Below, piece by piece: positions 36,859 to 45,301 of a stretch of DNA of 45,301 nucleotides. Source of the DNA: Candidatus Heimdallarchaeota archaeon (GTDB taxonomy: Archaea > Asgardarchaeota > Heimdallarchaeia > Heimdallarchaeales > Heimdallarchaeaceae); the NCBI GenBank assembly GCA_016839945.1, contig JAEOTE010000092.1, positions 1-45,301 of the forward strand. Reading direction: 5' to 3'. The notes under the pieces were generated by a model, which saw only the letters and a list, made by a program, of their open reading frames with translations, searched no databases and was not told the DNA's origin. Every line of letters starts with the position of its first letter. Position 1 is the stretch's first letter. The translations under genes and the position numbers were made by a program.

Positions 36859-37870
36859 AAACTTCCTCACCTATATCTACAAATTCACCTTTCTTTTTCG
36901 CAGATTCATATGCTTTTTCTACGATAGCAACAGGTGATAGAATGTTTTGTTTGGTGAATAAAGGATTCTTTCCTGTTTTAACTGCTTTATAGAAGTGTAA
37001 CCATTCTTCTTGATAAGGGGAACCTCTTACAGTGGCCTTAACAACTAAAGGGGGTTGTCCTACTAAACCTTTTAGAGTAACTAGAACTCTTGGTTTGTCT
37101 AAACTTGCATAAGCTTGTCCTTCAGTTCCAAAAATTGAAAGATAATTTGCTTTGTAATCTCTCCAACCTAAATTTATATGAGCTGTGCTACCACCTTCAA
37201 ATGCAACAAATAATGTTGCTCGATCATAAACGGGAGATTTCTTGTCCATATAGTCAATATTGCACCAAACTTTCTTTGGTTTTCCCAAAATCCAGGAAAC
37301 TAAATCAATATGATGAGTTCCCATTTCTGCCATTACTCCTCCCCCTTTTTCTAAATCCAGTTTGAAATCTTCCTTAGATTTTGTTGGCCATGCATAAGCA
37401 TTTGAACACATTGTTGATTGAATGCTAATGATGTCTCCTAGCTTTTCTTTTGATAAATTTTTGAGCTTAAAATATTGTGGAATAAATCTTAAATTATAAC
37501 CAATAAAAAGTATTTTTGAAGTTTCTTCCATTTTGCTTATCATTCTTTTAGCTTCATCTACTTTGATTGTAAGAGGTTTTTCACAAAGAACATGTTTGTT
37601 CTTCTCAAAAGAATCAATAACCATTTTTTCATGTAAATGTGGTGGAGTGGCAATTAAAACTCCGTCTATACTTTCATCCTCCAATATTTCTTGATAATCG
37701 GTTGTTTCTTTTGAATCTAAATTATATTTCTTCTTTAGTCTTTCAATATTTTTTAAATCCAAATCAGCAATTCTTGAGATATTGAAATTTGCAGTTCTTT
37801 TTAAAACAGGAAGGTGTATTGTCTCAGTTATAGCTCCACAACCAATTATTCCAATATTGAGTTTCTTCAT
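36851..37870 (-). CDS. Gfo/Idh/MocA family NAD(P)-dependent oxidoreductase
   Basis: IGIIGCG, IATPPHLH, HVLCEKP, GYNLRF, GGGVMAEMGTHHID. Confidence 0.92.
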   Translation of the reverse strand: MKKLNIGIIGCGAITETIHLPVLKRTANFNISRIADLDLKNIERLKKKYNLDSKETTDYQEILEDESIDGVLIATPPHLHEKMVIDSFEKNKHVLCEKPLTIKVDEAKRMISKMEETSKILFIGYNLRFIPQYFKLKNLSKEKLGDIISIQSTMCSNAYAWPTKSKEDFKLDLEKGGGVMAEMGTHHIDLVSWILGKPKKVWCNIDYMDKKSPVYDRATLFVAFEGGSTAHINLGWRDYKANYLSIFGTEGQAYASLDKPRVLVTLKGLVGQPPLVVKATVRGSPYQEEWLHFYKAVKTGKNPLFTKQNILSPVAIVEKAYESAKKKGEFVDIGEEVYA

Positions 37871-38085
37871 GTTTCAAACATCATCTGTCTTTTATATTTG
37901 AAGATATCTAAATCGCATAAAATATACCAATTTTTTCTAATTTCACTAATATATCTTATTTTCAAAAAATTTAAAGGAAAACAAAATACATGAGCAAGTT
38001 TCATATAGCAAATATTTAATATATATGCTAATCGAAAAGCAATAGTGAAATGATGCAAAAAACAAATAAAACAAAGGAAACATAA

Positions 38086-39387
38086 ATGAAACTCACTTAT
38101 AATAAAATTGTTAATTCAATTTCTCTAAGACTTAAAGATGATCAAATTAAAACATTTGTTTTCTTAATGATCAAATCAGCTTTGGTTTCTATTTGTGGTT
38201 TTGTTTTCTGGATTTTAGCTGCTCGTTTGTATCCAGATGATATTGTAGGTAAGGGAACTATAGCTCTTTCACTTCTAAATACAATATCACAGATTGCTAG
38301 ATTAGGTTTTGATATCTCAGCGATGAAATTCATTCCTGAAAAAAAAGAGCAAGCTCCTTCAATTATCAATTTGATGTTTTTTGCAACAGGTATATTTGCA
38401 GGTATAGCTACTATTGTAGCAGTTATAATAGCTCCATATCTTAATTTCTATAATGCTGAAAATGCATACGTAAAAATTCTTTTGATTCTTTTTTCTATTT
38501 TCTGGGCAATATATTTCCTGATGGATTTCATTGGTATCAGTTTATATCTCTACAAAATAACAATTATCAAAAATATAATATTCTTAGGTTTAAGGTTTGT
38601 TTTTCTTGGTATTTTTATATTTGTAAAACTTCCTTCAGCAATAATAATTGTTATTGGAATATCTGAATTGATTGCTGTTTTAACGACATTTATTATGTTC
38701 AAAAAGAGAATCCCAAATCTGAAATATAGCATAAAACAAGCTTATAGAAGTATAAGACAATTAAAGGAAATGATTTTCTTTTCCTTTGATAATTATTTAG
38801 CAGATGTTCTTTTTAAAACTGTTAATTACATCACTCCACTCATTATAGGGGTTATATTAACTGAAGCAGCAGCAGGATATTTCTTTATTTCTTGGCAGCT
38901 TACAATGATAATTTATATTATACCAGGAGCTATATCCTCTTCTCTTCTAATACAAATAAGCTATAAATCAAAAAATGCACAAAAAAGAGTTACACTTTCT
39001 ATCTTTATATCTATGATTACATCCATTGTATCAATCATTATTGTTGCTTTTGCAGGAAGATACATATTATTATTATATGGAGTAAGTTATGCTGATAATG
39101 CTTACTTCCTTCTTTTATTACTTTCTTTTACATCTAGTTCCTATAGCTATATTACAATAAAAGTTTCAGAATTAAGACATAAAAGCAAAACTAAGATAAT
39201 CATTCTAATCAATCTACTGCTTGTGGGGATATATTTTGCAAGTTTTGTAATCTTTCTAAATCTTAATTATCATCTTGATTCTTTTGGAATCGCTTGGTTT
39301 ATAGGAACTTCCATCGTAGCATTAATCATTGCTTTAACTGAATTGTTCTTTTTCATAAAAGGAAAAACCAGAACAATATCCACATAA
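38086..39387 (+). CDS. oligosaccharide flippase (Wzx-like)
   Basis: About 12 TM; GFVFWILAARLY, RLGFD, PLII..L..AAAGYF, LLLYGVSY. Confidence 0.82.
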   Translation: MKLTYNKIVNSISLRLKDDQIKTFVFLMIKSALVSICGFVFWILAARLYPDDIVGKGTIALSLLNTISQIARLGFDISAMKFIPEKKEQAPSIINLMFFATGIFAGIATIVAVIIAPYLNFYNAENAYVKILLILFSIFWAIYFLMDFIGISLYLYKITIIKNIIFLGLRFVFLGIFIFVKLPSAIIIVIGISELIAVLTTFIMFKKRIPNLKYSIKQAYRSIRQLKEMIFFSFDNYLADVLFKTVNYITPLIIGVILTEAAAGYFFISWQLTMIIYIIPGAISSSLLIQISYKSKNAQKRVTLSIFISMITSIVSIIIVAFAGRYILLLYGVSYADNAYFLLLLLSFTSSSYSYITIKVSELRHKSKTKIIILINLLLVGIYFASFVIFLNLNYHLDSFGIAWFIGTSIVALIIALTELFFFIKGKTRTIST

Positions 39388-39491
39388 TATTCAAAAATTC
39401 TTTCCATTTATCCTTTGAAAATTTTAGTAAAACAAATATGAAAAATTTTATATTTGCAGTTTTTTTTGTTGCCATGGCTACTGGTGACACT

Positions 39492-40745
39492 ATGGGTGAT
39501 TTAGGTTTTGTAAGGTTAAAAATTGCATTAGAACGACTTTTTATTTTTAGAAAAATACTCAATATTTTTCCAAGAAGAATTCAATTAAAAATCTACTATT
39601 TCTTTAGATGGCCTTTAGATATTTTATTTTATGGACCCAAATTAAAAACAATTATAAAAAAAGAAGATGAAAGTATAACAAAGAGGAAAAGAATTCTCTT
39701 TTTATTGGGTGATCCAGCAAGAGATATGATGACCTATTCTTTATTAGAAGATAAATTAAGCGAGAAATATTATATTCAAATAATTAATCATCTTAGTCAC
39801 AGACCTTATGTGAAAATTTTCAGACCTGATTTAATAATAGTTTCTGAGACTCGTAGCATGTTAATGAGTAGAGCAATGAAATTTGCAAAAAGGAAGCTAA
39901 AAGATATCAAAATTCTTACACTTCATGGTGAGGGTGCAATAAATCCAGCAGCTATGGAATGGTGGTCATCAGGAATACATCAAGATTGGGAAATGGTATG
40001 GGGAAAGAGAGCAAAAAAGATATTGATGGAATATGGTGAAAAATCTGAAGATCAAATAATTGTTACAGGAAATCCAAGATTTGATTACCACAAAAATCCA
40101 ATTTCTAAACAAGAATATGAAAAAATCACTGGGATTAAAAATGAAAAGAAGTGTGTTTTATTAGCTACCAATTTTCTCATTTTTAGTGGAAGAGTTAACC
40201 AAGATTTTGATTTTGATGTTGAGACATATATCAAATTAAGAGAAGTAATTACAGAAGCTTTTACTAATATTGCAATGAGACACCCAGAAATACAATTCAT
40301 AATTAAGTTACATCCAAGTGAAGTAGATGAAATATACACAGCTACAATTCAAAGAAAGGGAATTCAGAATATTGAGGTATATTGCAAAGAAGCACAAAGT
40401 AATATTCCAATAAATTACTTCTTACCTTTTATTGATGTCTTAGTACATTGGAGTTCTACAACATCTACTGAAGCATGGATGTATGAAAAACCAACAATAT
40501 CTACACAATTCTTAGATCTAAAAACACTTGTTGGTGAATTCGTTCAAGGATCAATTATTACATACAATGAAGAGGAATTAGAAAAAGAGATAATGGATAT
40601 ACTAAGTGGAAAACAAATACCAAAGGAAATGAGGGAATTCCAAATTGAACACATTGAAGATTGGTATGGTCCTATAGATGGTCAAAGAACTAATGTAGTT
40701 GTAAATTATATTACAGATATACTAGAAAATAGATTTCCAAATTAA
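39492..40745 (+). CDS. surface-carbohydrate biosynthesis protein, GT-B-like (glycerophosphotransferase / UDP-GlcNAc 2-epimerase-like)
   Basis: VWG, VTGNPRFD, IIKLHPSE, SSTTSTEA, DG near the end. ATG 39492 has a GGTGA RBS (ORF open from 39438). Confidence 0.72.
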   Translation: MGDLGFVRLKIALERLFIFRKILNIFPRRIQLKIYYFFRWPLDILFYGPKLKTIIKKEDESITKRKRILFLLGDPARDMMTYSLLEDKLSEKYYIQIINHLSHRPYVKIFRPDLIIVSETRSMLMSRAMKFAKRKLKDIKILTLHGEGAINPAAMEWWSSGIHQDWEMVWGKRAKKILMEYGEKSEDQIIVTGNPRFDYHKNPISKQEYEKITGIKNEKKCVLLATNFLIFSGRVNQDFDFDVETYIKLREVITEAFTNIAMRHPEIQFIIKLHPSEVDEIYTATIQRKGIQNIEVYCKEAQSNIPINYFLPFIDVLVHWSSTTSTEAWMYEKPTISTQFLDLKTLVGEFVQGSIITYNEEELEKEIMDILSGKQIPKEMREFQIEHIEDWYGPIDGQRTNVVVNYITDILENRFPN

Positions 40746-40781
40746 TACTATATAATATTTCAGTTTCTATCTAGACATTAA

Positions 40782-42539
40782 TCAATTTTTGTGTTCAAGC
40801 ACATAATTGAGATTTTCATTATAAACTAAAGTATAATATGAAGAATTAAGCAATAATCCCAATATTGCATAAGGATTTTTTTCGTTTTGAAAAATTGTTT
40901 GACGATAATAGTATTCTCTTGAAAAGACAACTATGTGATTTGAGAATACAGGCGTTACACTATCGTTTGTATATACATAATGTGTACCATTGAAATCTAC
41001 ATTAGATAACTTGATAGTGTGGTATATTTCATAATTTTTTCCTCTCAATAATTCTAAATTTGACATAATAATTGTTTTATCTTGATAATTATTCTCAATG
41101 AAATCTATTAAACGAAATTCTCCATCTGAAATAAAGTCAACTTCTTCATTTCCATATCTACTAATTAGAAACATTGAACTGAATATCAGAACCAGAAGAA
41201 AGAAATTTTTAATATTAACTCTCTTAATGAAAGATAAAACAGAAAAAATAACAATTGGTAAAGCAAAATAATATGTTCTTTGTATTAATTCATCACTAGC
41301 ATATATGAATAGAAATGCAAAGAAGCATATTACTAGAGCTAAAAGAAGTGATAAAATTGGGTAGCTTAATTTCTTCTTTTCCTTGTAATTTCTATACAAA
41401 GAGATCGCAATCAATACAAAAAATACTGCAGATAAAACTAATCTTATTACTATAATGAAAATTCTTGTTGTATTACCTGAGATGATATTCTGAAACATCA
41501 ATATCAGAGCATATGGTTTGATGTCTGTTACACCACTAAAGAAATCTGATATTCTTGAAATGACCCAGCTATTTGTAAAGAAAAGAATACATGCTATAGC
41601 TACAACACTTAAAATACCAATATAAATATACAATCTAGCTTTCTTGTTTTCAGCAAAATGTTTTCTTAATTTATTTAAATAAAACATAATGAAAATAAAT
41701 ACTGTTACGAAGAAAATGATTGAAGTATACAAATGAGTAAAAACTAATGCTACTAAATAAAGAGCAATAAAGCTACTAGTTTTCAAAGATTCCGTAAATA
41801 GCTGTTTTCTAGATAATTCTTCTTCTTGGATTTTTCTATAGAAATCACATAAAATGCCAAATCCAGCCAAAAATATGATATATGCAACACTCTGACCATT
41901 AACAAAATCCTGCGATATCCAATCGTAAAACGTAATAAATAGCAATGTTATGACTACAGAATATTTTTTTCTTTCAGTAGAATTTTTTGTAGTAATTCTG
42001 AGAATGTTTTCTATTATTACCATTAAAAACAAAGTGAAAACAATTCGAAAAATGAATGGATAAATTGTTTGAGCAACCATATATTTGGAAGGATTAGTTA
42101 TTTGAGATGTTAATAATCCAAACAAAAAGAAAGAACCAGGCCAAGAGTGGTACCATAAATCCAGTGTTCCTATTCTATCTAAATATTCCCAGTGTCCTAT
42201 ATATTTAAATGCTGAAAATATTCTCGCATTTCTCGTTATAAAGAAGCTTGGAGCAAAATAATAAGCAAATAGAATAAGGATGTTGATGAAAATATGAAAC
42301 TTTTTTTTATACACAAACAGACTAAGGGAGAGATTGATAATACAAATTAATAACCCTAAATAGTAACTAAAATGTAAGCCGTTAAAAAGTCCCCAGTTAG
42401 CGAAATCTGAATTACTGAAGAAAATAGCAATATTCCACAATAGAATAGAGAAACCTACAAAAATCCATTGCAAAAATGGGTTCTCTATTAAGAAAGCATT
42501 GAGCTGATTTGCTGTTTTTCTTATTTTAGTCGTATTCAT
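40782..42539 (-). CDS. multi-pass membrane protein in glycosylation locus (GT-C / polymerase-like)
   Basis: About 13 TM, YHSWPG, FTHLYTS, R.YYF, short soluble C-terminal domain. ATG 42539 has a GGTGA RBS (ORF open from 42575). Confidence 0.65.
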   Translation of the reverse strand: MNTTKIRKTANQLNAFLIENPFLQWIFVGFSILLWNIAIFFSNSDFANWGLFNGLHFSYYLGLLICIINLSLSLFVYKKKFHIFINILILFAYYFAPSFFITRNARIFSAFKYIGHWEYLDRIGTLDLWYHSWPGSFFLFGLLTSQITNPSKYMVAQTIYPFIFRIVFTLFLMVIIENILRITTKNSTERKKYSVVITLLFITFYDWISQDFVNGQSVAYIIFLAGFGILCDFYRKIQEEELSRKQLFTESLKTSSFIALYLVALVFTHLYTSIIFFVTVFIFIMFYLNKLRKHFAENKKARLYIYIGILSVVAIACILFFTNSWVISRISDFFSGVTDIKPYALILMFQNIISGNTTRIFIIVIRLVLSAVFFVLIAISLYRNYKEKKKLSYPILSLLLALVICFFAFLFIYASDELIQRTYYFALPIVIFSVLSFIKRVNIKNFFLLVLIFSSMFLISRYGNEEVDFISDGEFRLIDFIENNYQDKTIIMSNLELLRGKNYEIYHTIKLSNVDFNGTHYVYTNDSVTPVFSNHIVVFSREYYYRQTIFQNEKNPYAILGLLLNSSYYTLVYNENLNYVLEHKN

Positions 42540-42553
42540 TTTTTCACCTTTAT

Positions 42554-43360
42554 TTATGGAATAATCTTTAGCCAATGGAATAAGTACCCTACTTCCTCGG
42601 AATCGGATTCTATGTTATCAAGAAAGAAATTGAAGATGACATGATATAAAGCATACACAGGAAAGTTTACTGTATATTTTAATTCCAATTCCCCAGAAAC
42701 TGTTGAATTAGCATAATCTTCCAAATAGATAGTTCCATTAACAATTATCTTCATTTTCAAAAAGATTGAATCTTTTGAGACATGCTTAGCTGAAATTCTA
42801 AATTCAAATGAAGTATTAGTTATATTCGAGGGGGGAACTTCAGAAAAAGCAAAAATATAACTTTCTGATTCTTTTTTGAAAAAGAGAGGAAAACATAAAC
42901 CAGTTATTATTAAAATTGTAGTTAATCCATAAAGAATATTCTTCTTCATTGATTTTTTTGAAATTTCTACTTTCAACACTTTTCTAAATGAAGTCAAATC
43001 TATATTGAAATCTTTATAGAATTTATTCCTAATCAAGAGAATTTGAAGTGCAATTTCCATTAGCAATGTAATGGATGAAATGATGATTATGATTATCTGA
43101 TATTTCACTGACTTTGTAATTAAAGTAACAAATGTTGCTACTATAATTGTTATTGAAATACTGAGAGAGAAGCTATAAACTATTTTTTTAAAAATTTTAT
43201 CAACTTTATAATTTAAAAGATCGAATAATATATAACCAGGAATAAAAAAGATGGTTAAGCTTATTGGAACTAGGCTAAACCAACCTAAGTAATTGCTTAG
43301 AAAAGACAATATTACGATTAAAACAAAGAGTGTGTGAAGTAATATTGTTTTCTCCTTCAT
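42554..43360 (-). CDS. DUF1616-like archaeal membrane protein
   Basis: FFIPGY, YSFSLSISI TM region plus a C-terminal beta domain ending LFHWLKI. Confidence 0.65.
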   Translation of the reverse strand: MKEKTILLHTLFVLIVILSFLSNYLGWFSLVPISLTIFFIPGYILFDLLNYKVDKIFKKIVYSFSLSISITIIVATFVTLITKSVKYQIIIIIISSITLLMEIALQILLIRNKFYKDFNIDLTSFRKVLKVEISKKSMKKNILYGLTTILIITGLCFPLFFKKESESYIFAFSEVPPSNITNTSFEFRISAKHVSKDSIFLKMKIIVNGTIYLEDYANSTVSGELELKYTVNFPVYALYHVIFNFFLDNIESDSEEVGYLFHWLKIIP

Positions 43361-43474
43361 TATTATTATTCCTTTTGTACTTTATTTAAATTGTTTTCTC
43401 TTTAAAATGAAACGACGTATTTTACTTTTTATTTGATATAGACTACTCTCTATTACTTATATTATTTAAAATCT

Positions 43475-44632
43475 TTAGTATATCTCTTGTAAAATAAAAT
43501 CTTGTATCTTTTCAGATAGGTTTTTCCAACTATATTTTTCTAGATTGAAAGTTGAACTTCTTTTTGTCTTTTTCTGTAAAACTCTGTCTAAGCTTTCAAT
43601 AAAAGATTTTGTATCAGAATAGACTCCTCCATTCTTATACTCTTCCATAAAGAATTGGTGGGGATTTATTTTGGATGCAAGAATTGGTTTGTTCATTGCA
43701 GCATACTCAAGTAATTTCAAAGGAAAGCTTTGTCTAAAGATAAGAATATCGGCAATATGAGATATACAAATATCAAAACTTTGTATCCATGATGGGATCT
43801 CTTCATGATTTACAGGGGGAACAAAAAAAACACTATTGTTCAAATTTAGTTCTTCTGCCTTTTTTGTCATTTTATCAAATCCAGTTCCTTTTCCAATAAA
43901 AACGAGTATTAAATTTGAGTAAATTTTTAATGACTCAGAAAAGAGTTTTATTAGTTCCTCTAAATTTCTACTTACCTCCCATGAGCCGATATATCCTAAA
44001 ACTATGCTATTCTTATTTAGATTTAACCTTTCTTTAATATTAATTTCTAACTTTTCTTTCTTGAATAATTCTATATTTATTCCAGAAGGTATAATCAAAC
44101 ATTTCTTATTTTTTGGTATATTTTTCGAGTAGAATTCTCGGAGTTCATCAGTAATAAAAATCAAGCCATTTGTTTTTCTCATAAGGAATTTTTCTATTTT
44201 TGAAGCTAATTTGATATAAATGGATGAAATAAATTTAGGAATCGAACCTATAGAAAGACCCACATATAACCATGGACTCCTTATATCATAAATCACTTTA
44301 GTTTTTTTTCGAATTCTAGACAATTTAATAGCTGCAAGGGAAGAAAGTGGATATAAAGCATGTATAACATCAATTGGTTTTCTTTTATTTAGCTTTCTTA
44401 ATGCTCGTGAGGTTTTTAATGTGTATCTTATATTTCCCAATAATGAATATGGATCTCCTTTTACTGATATATTACTAAAATCATGTCCTTCTTGATATGA
44501 ATTTTCACCACATGAAATTACTGTTATTTCAATATCTTCAAGCTTCGATAGACTTTGAGAAATATTAAATAAGTAAGTTGAAAGCGCTTTATGAGAGCGA
44601 AGCGGAAAATTTTGAATGACAGCAATATGCAT
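43475..44632 (-). CDS. glycosyltransferase family 4
   Basis: DVIHA, IIPSGIN, GYIGS, IGKG, FPLKLLEYAAMNKPILAS, YSW. Confidence 0.92.
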   Translation of the reverse strand: MHIAVIQNFPLRSHKALSTYLFNISQSLSKLEDIEITVISCGENSYQEGHDFSNISVKGDPYSLLGNIRYTLKTSRALRKLNKRKPIDVIHALYPLSSLAAIKLSRIRKKTKVIYDIRSPWLYVGLSIGSIPKFISSIYIKLASKIEKFLMRKTNGLIFITDELREFYSKNIPKNKKCLIIPSGINIELFKKEKLEINIKERLNLNKNSIVLGYIGSWEVSRNLEELIKLFSESLKIYSNLILVFIGKGTGFDKMTKKAEELNLNNSVFFVPPVNHEEIPSWIQSFDICISHIADILIFRQSFPLKLLEYAAMNKPILASKINPHQFFMEEYKNGGVYSDTKSFIESLDRVLQKKTKRSSTFNLEKYSWKNLSEKIQDFILQEIY

Positions 44633-44750
44633 TAATTTTGAGTTTAAAATTGTATTTATATTATTTGTGATTTGTCGTTTACATATCTTACAAGTCCAGA
44701 TAATTTTATTTTCTTACTTACAAATAGAAGAAATTAACAAATATAATTTC

Positions 44751-45301
44751 TTATTTGAAATGCATCTTAAGAGCAGATACTAATAATGCAATGCTTAAAA
44801 TAATAATGCCACTCATTATTATAACAATTCCAACTATAATCATAAATGGATTTTCTATATTTCCTGCTATTAACCAGTCTAAGATTTCAGAGCCACCAAA
44901 ATAGAATCCTAACACAATAAGAATACTACTTAATATAGCAAAAATTTTCAGAGGGTTAAGATCAATTAGCACTTTAATTAGAAATAAACTACTTGATCTA
45001 GCAAAATGAAATGGATTTTTCATAAGTCTTGACTCACCGTCTTCACGTTTTGCAAAGAAGATTGGAATTTCCCCTATCTTAGCTTTCTTTGTTGTTGCTT
45101 CAAGTATCATCTCTTGAGTGTATGTAAAATCACCTCTGATTTTTATTTTCTCAGCAAAATCATTTGTAAAAGCTCTGAAACCTGTCTGACCATCAGAAAT
45201 ACCTACTTTAGTTAGATATCTCAAGAGTCTAGAATATGATCTATTACCAAATTTTTTGAAAAAGGACATTTTTTCAATAGTTCCTGCAAATCTTGAACCC
45301 A
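44751..45301 (-). CDS. glycosyltransferase family 2 (DPM1-like), 5' end outside the window
   Basis: Frame stays open to the window edge (GSRFAGTIEKM...), SDGQTGFRAF, EIPI, RED.ES, two C-terminal TM helices. Confidence 0.88.
   Translation of the reverse strand, partial: GSRFAGTIEKMSFFKKFGNRSYSRLLRYLTKVGISDGQTGFRAFTNDFAEKIKIRGDFTYTQEMILEATTKKAKIGEIPIFFAKREDGESRLMKNPFHFARSSSLFLIKVLIDLNPLKIFAILSSILIVLGFYFGGSEILDWLIAGNIENPFMIIVGIVIIMSGIIILSIALLVSALKMHFK

Noticed and set aside
28382-40339. Short shadow ORFs in the glycan locus (28382, 29803, 31824, 35900, 37090, 37867, 38142, 38550, 39353, 40085)
   Set aside because: Antisense to real genes or, for 37867-38058, spanning an AT-rich divergent promoter region without coding features.
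1-45301. CRISPR arrays, tRNA/rRNA genes, transposases or integrases
   Set aside because: Intergenic gaps are all short (under about 250 bp) and AT-rich; I saw no spaced repeats, GC-rich structured RNA or recombinase motifs by eye.

Overview
AT-rich, gene-dense archaeal chromosome segment. Orc1/Cdc6, a TFB-like factor, BRE/TATA promoters, GGTGA-type RBSs, long TPR proteins and C-terminally anchored surface proteins suggest an Asgard archaeon, probably Heimdallarchaeia (inference). Left to right: (1) a partial N6-adenine DNA methyltransferase and a divergent cdc6; (2) a peptide uptake block with a beta-lactamase-fold peptidase, a dppABCDF ABC transporter whose DppF is fused to a 6-TM domain, and a TPR-wHTH regulator; a ~37-bp dyad element is duplicated just upstream of the BRE/TATA of both dppA and dppB; (3) an omega/beta-amino-acid catabolic block with a PHP hydrolase, ferritin-like protein, CoA-acylating (methyl)malonate-semialdehyde dehydrogenase, class III aminotransferase and a NylC (nylon-oligomer endohydrolase)-like Ntn hydrolase; (4) secreted or surface proteins, a divergent TFB and a HEAT/polyproline/TPR protein; (5) an SCP2-arylsulfate sulfotransferase fusion followed by an ~18-kb surface-glycan locus with two flippases, a PAPS sulfotransferase, pseI/pseF/pseB/pseC without visible pseG/pseH, and several glycosyltransferases. 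I found no rRNA, tRNA, CRISPR array or mobile element. All family assignments come from motif recognition by eye; no database search was run.
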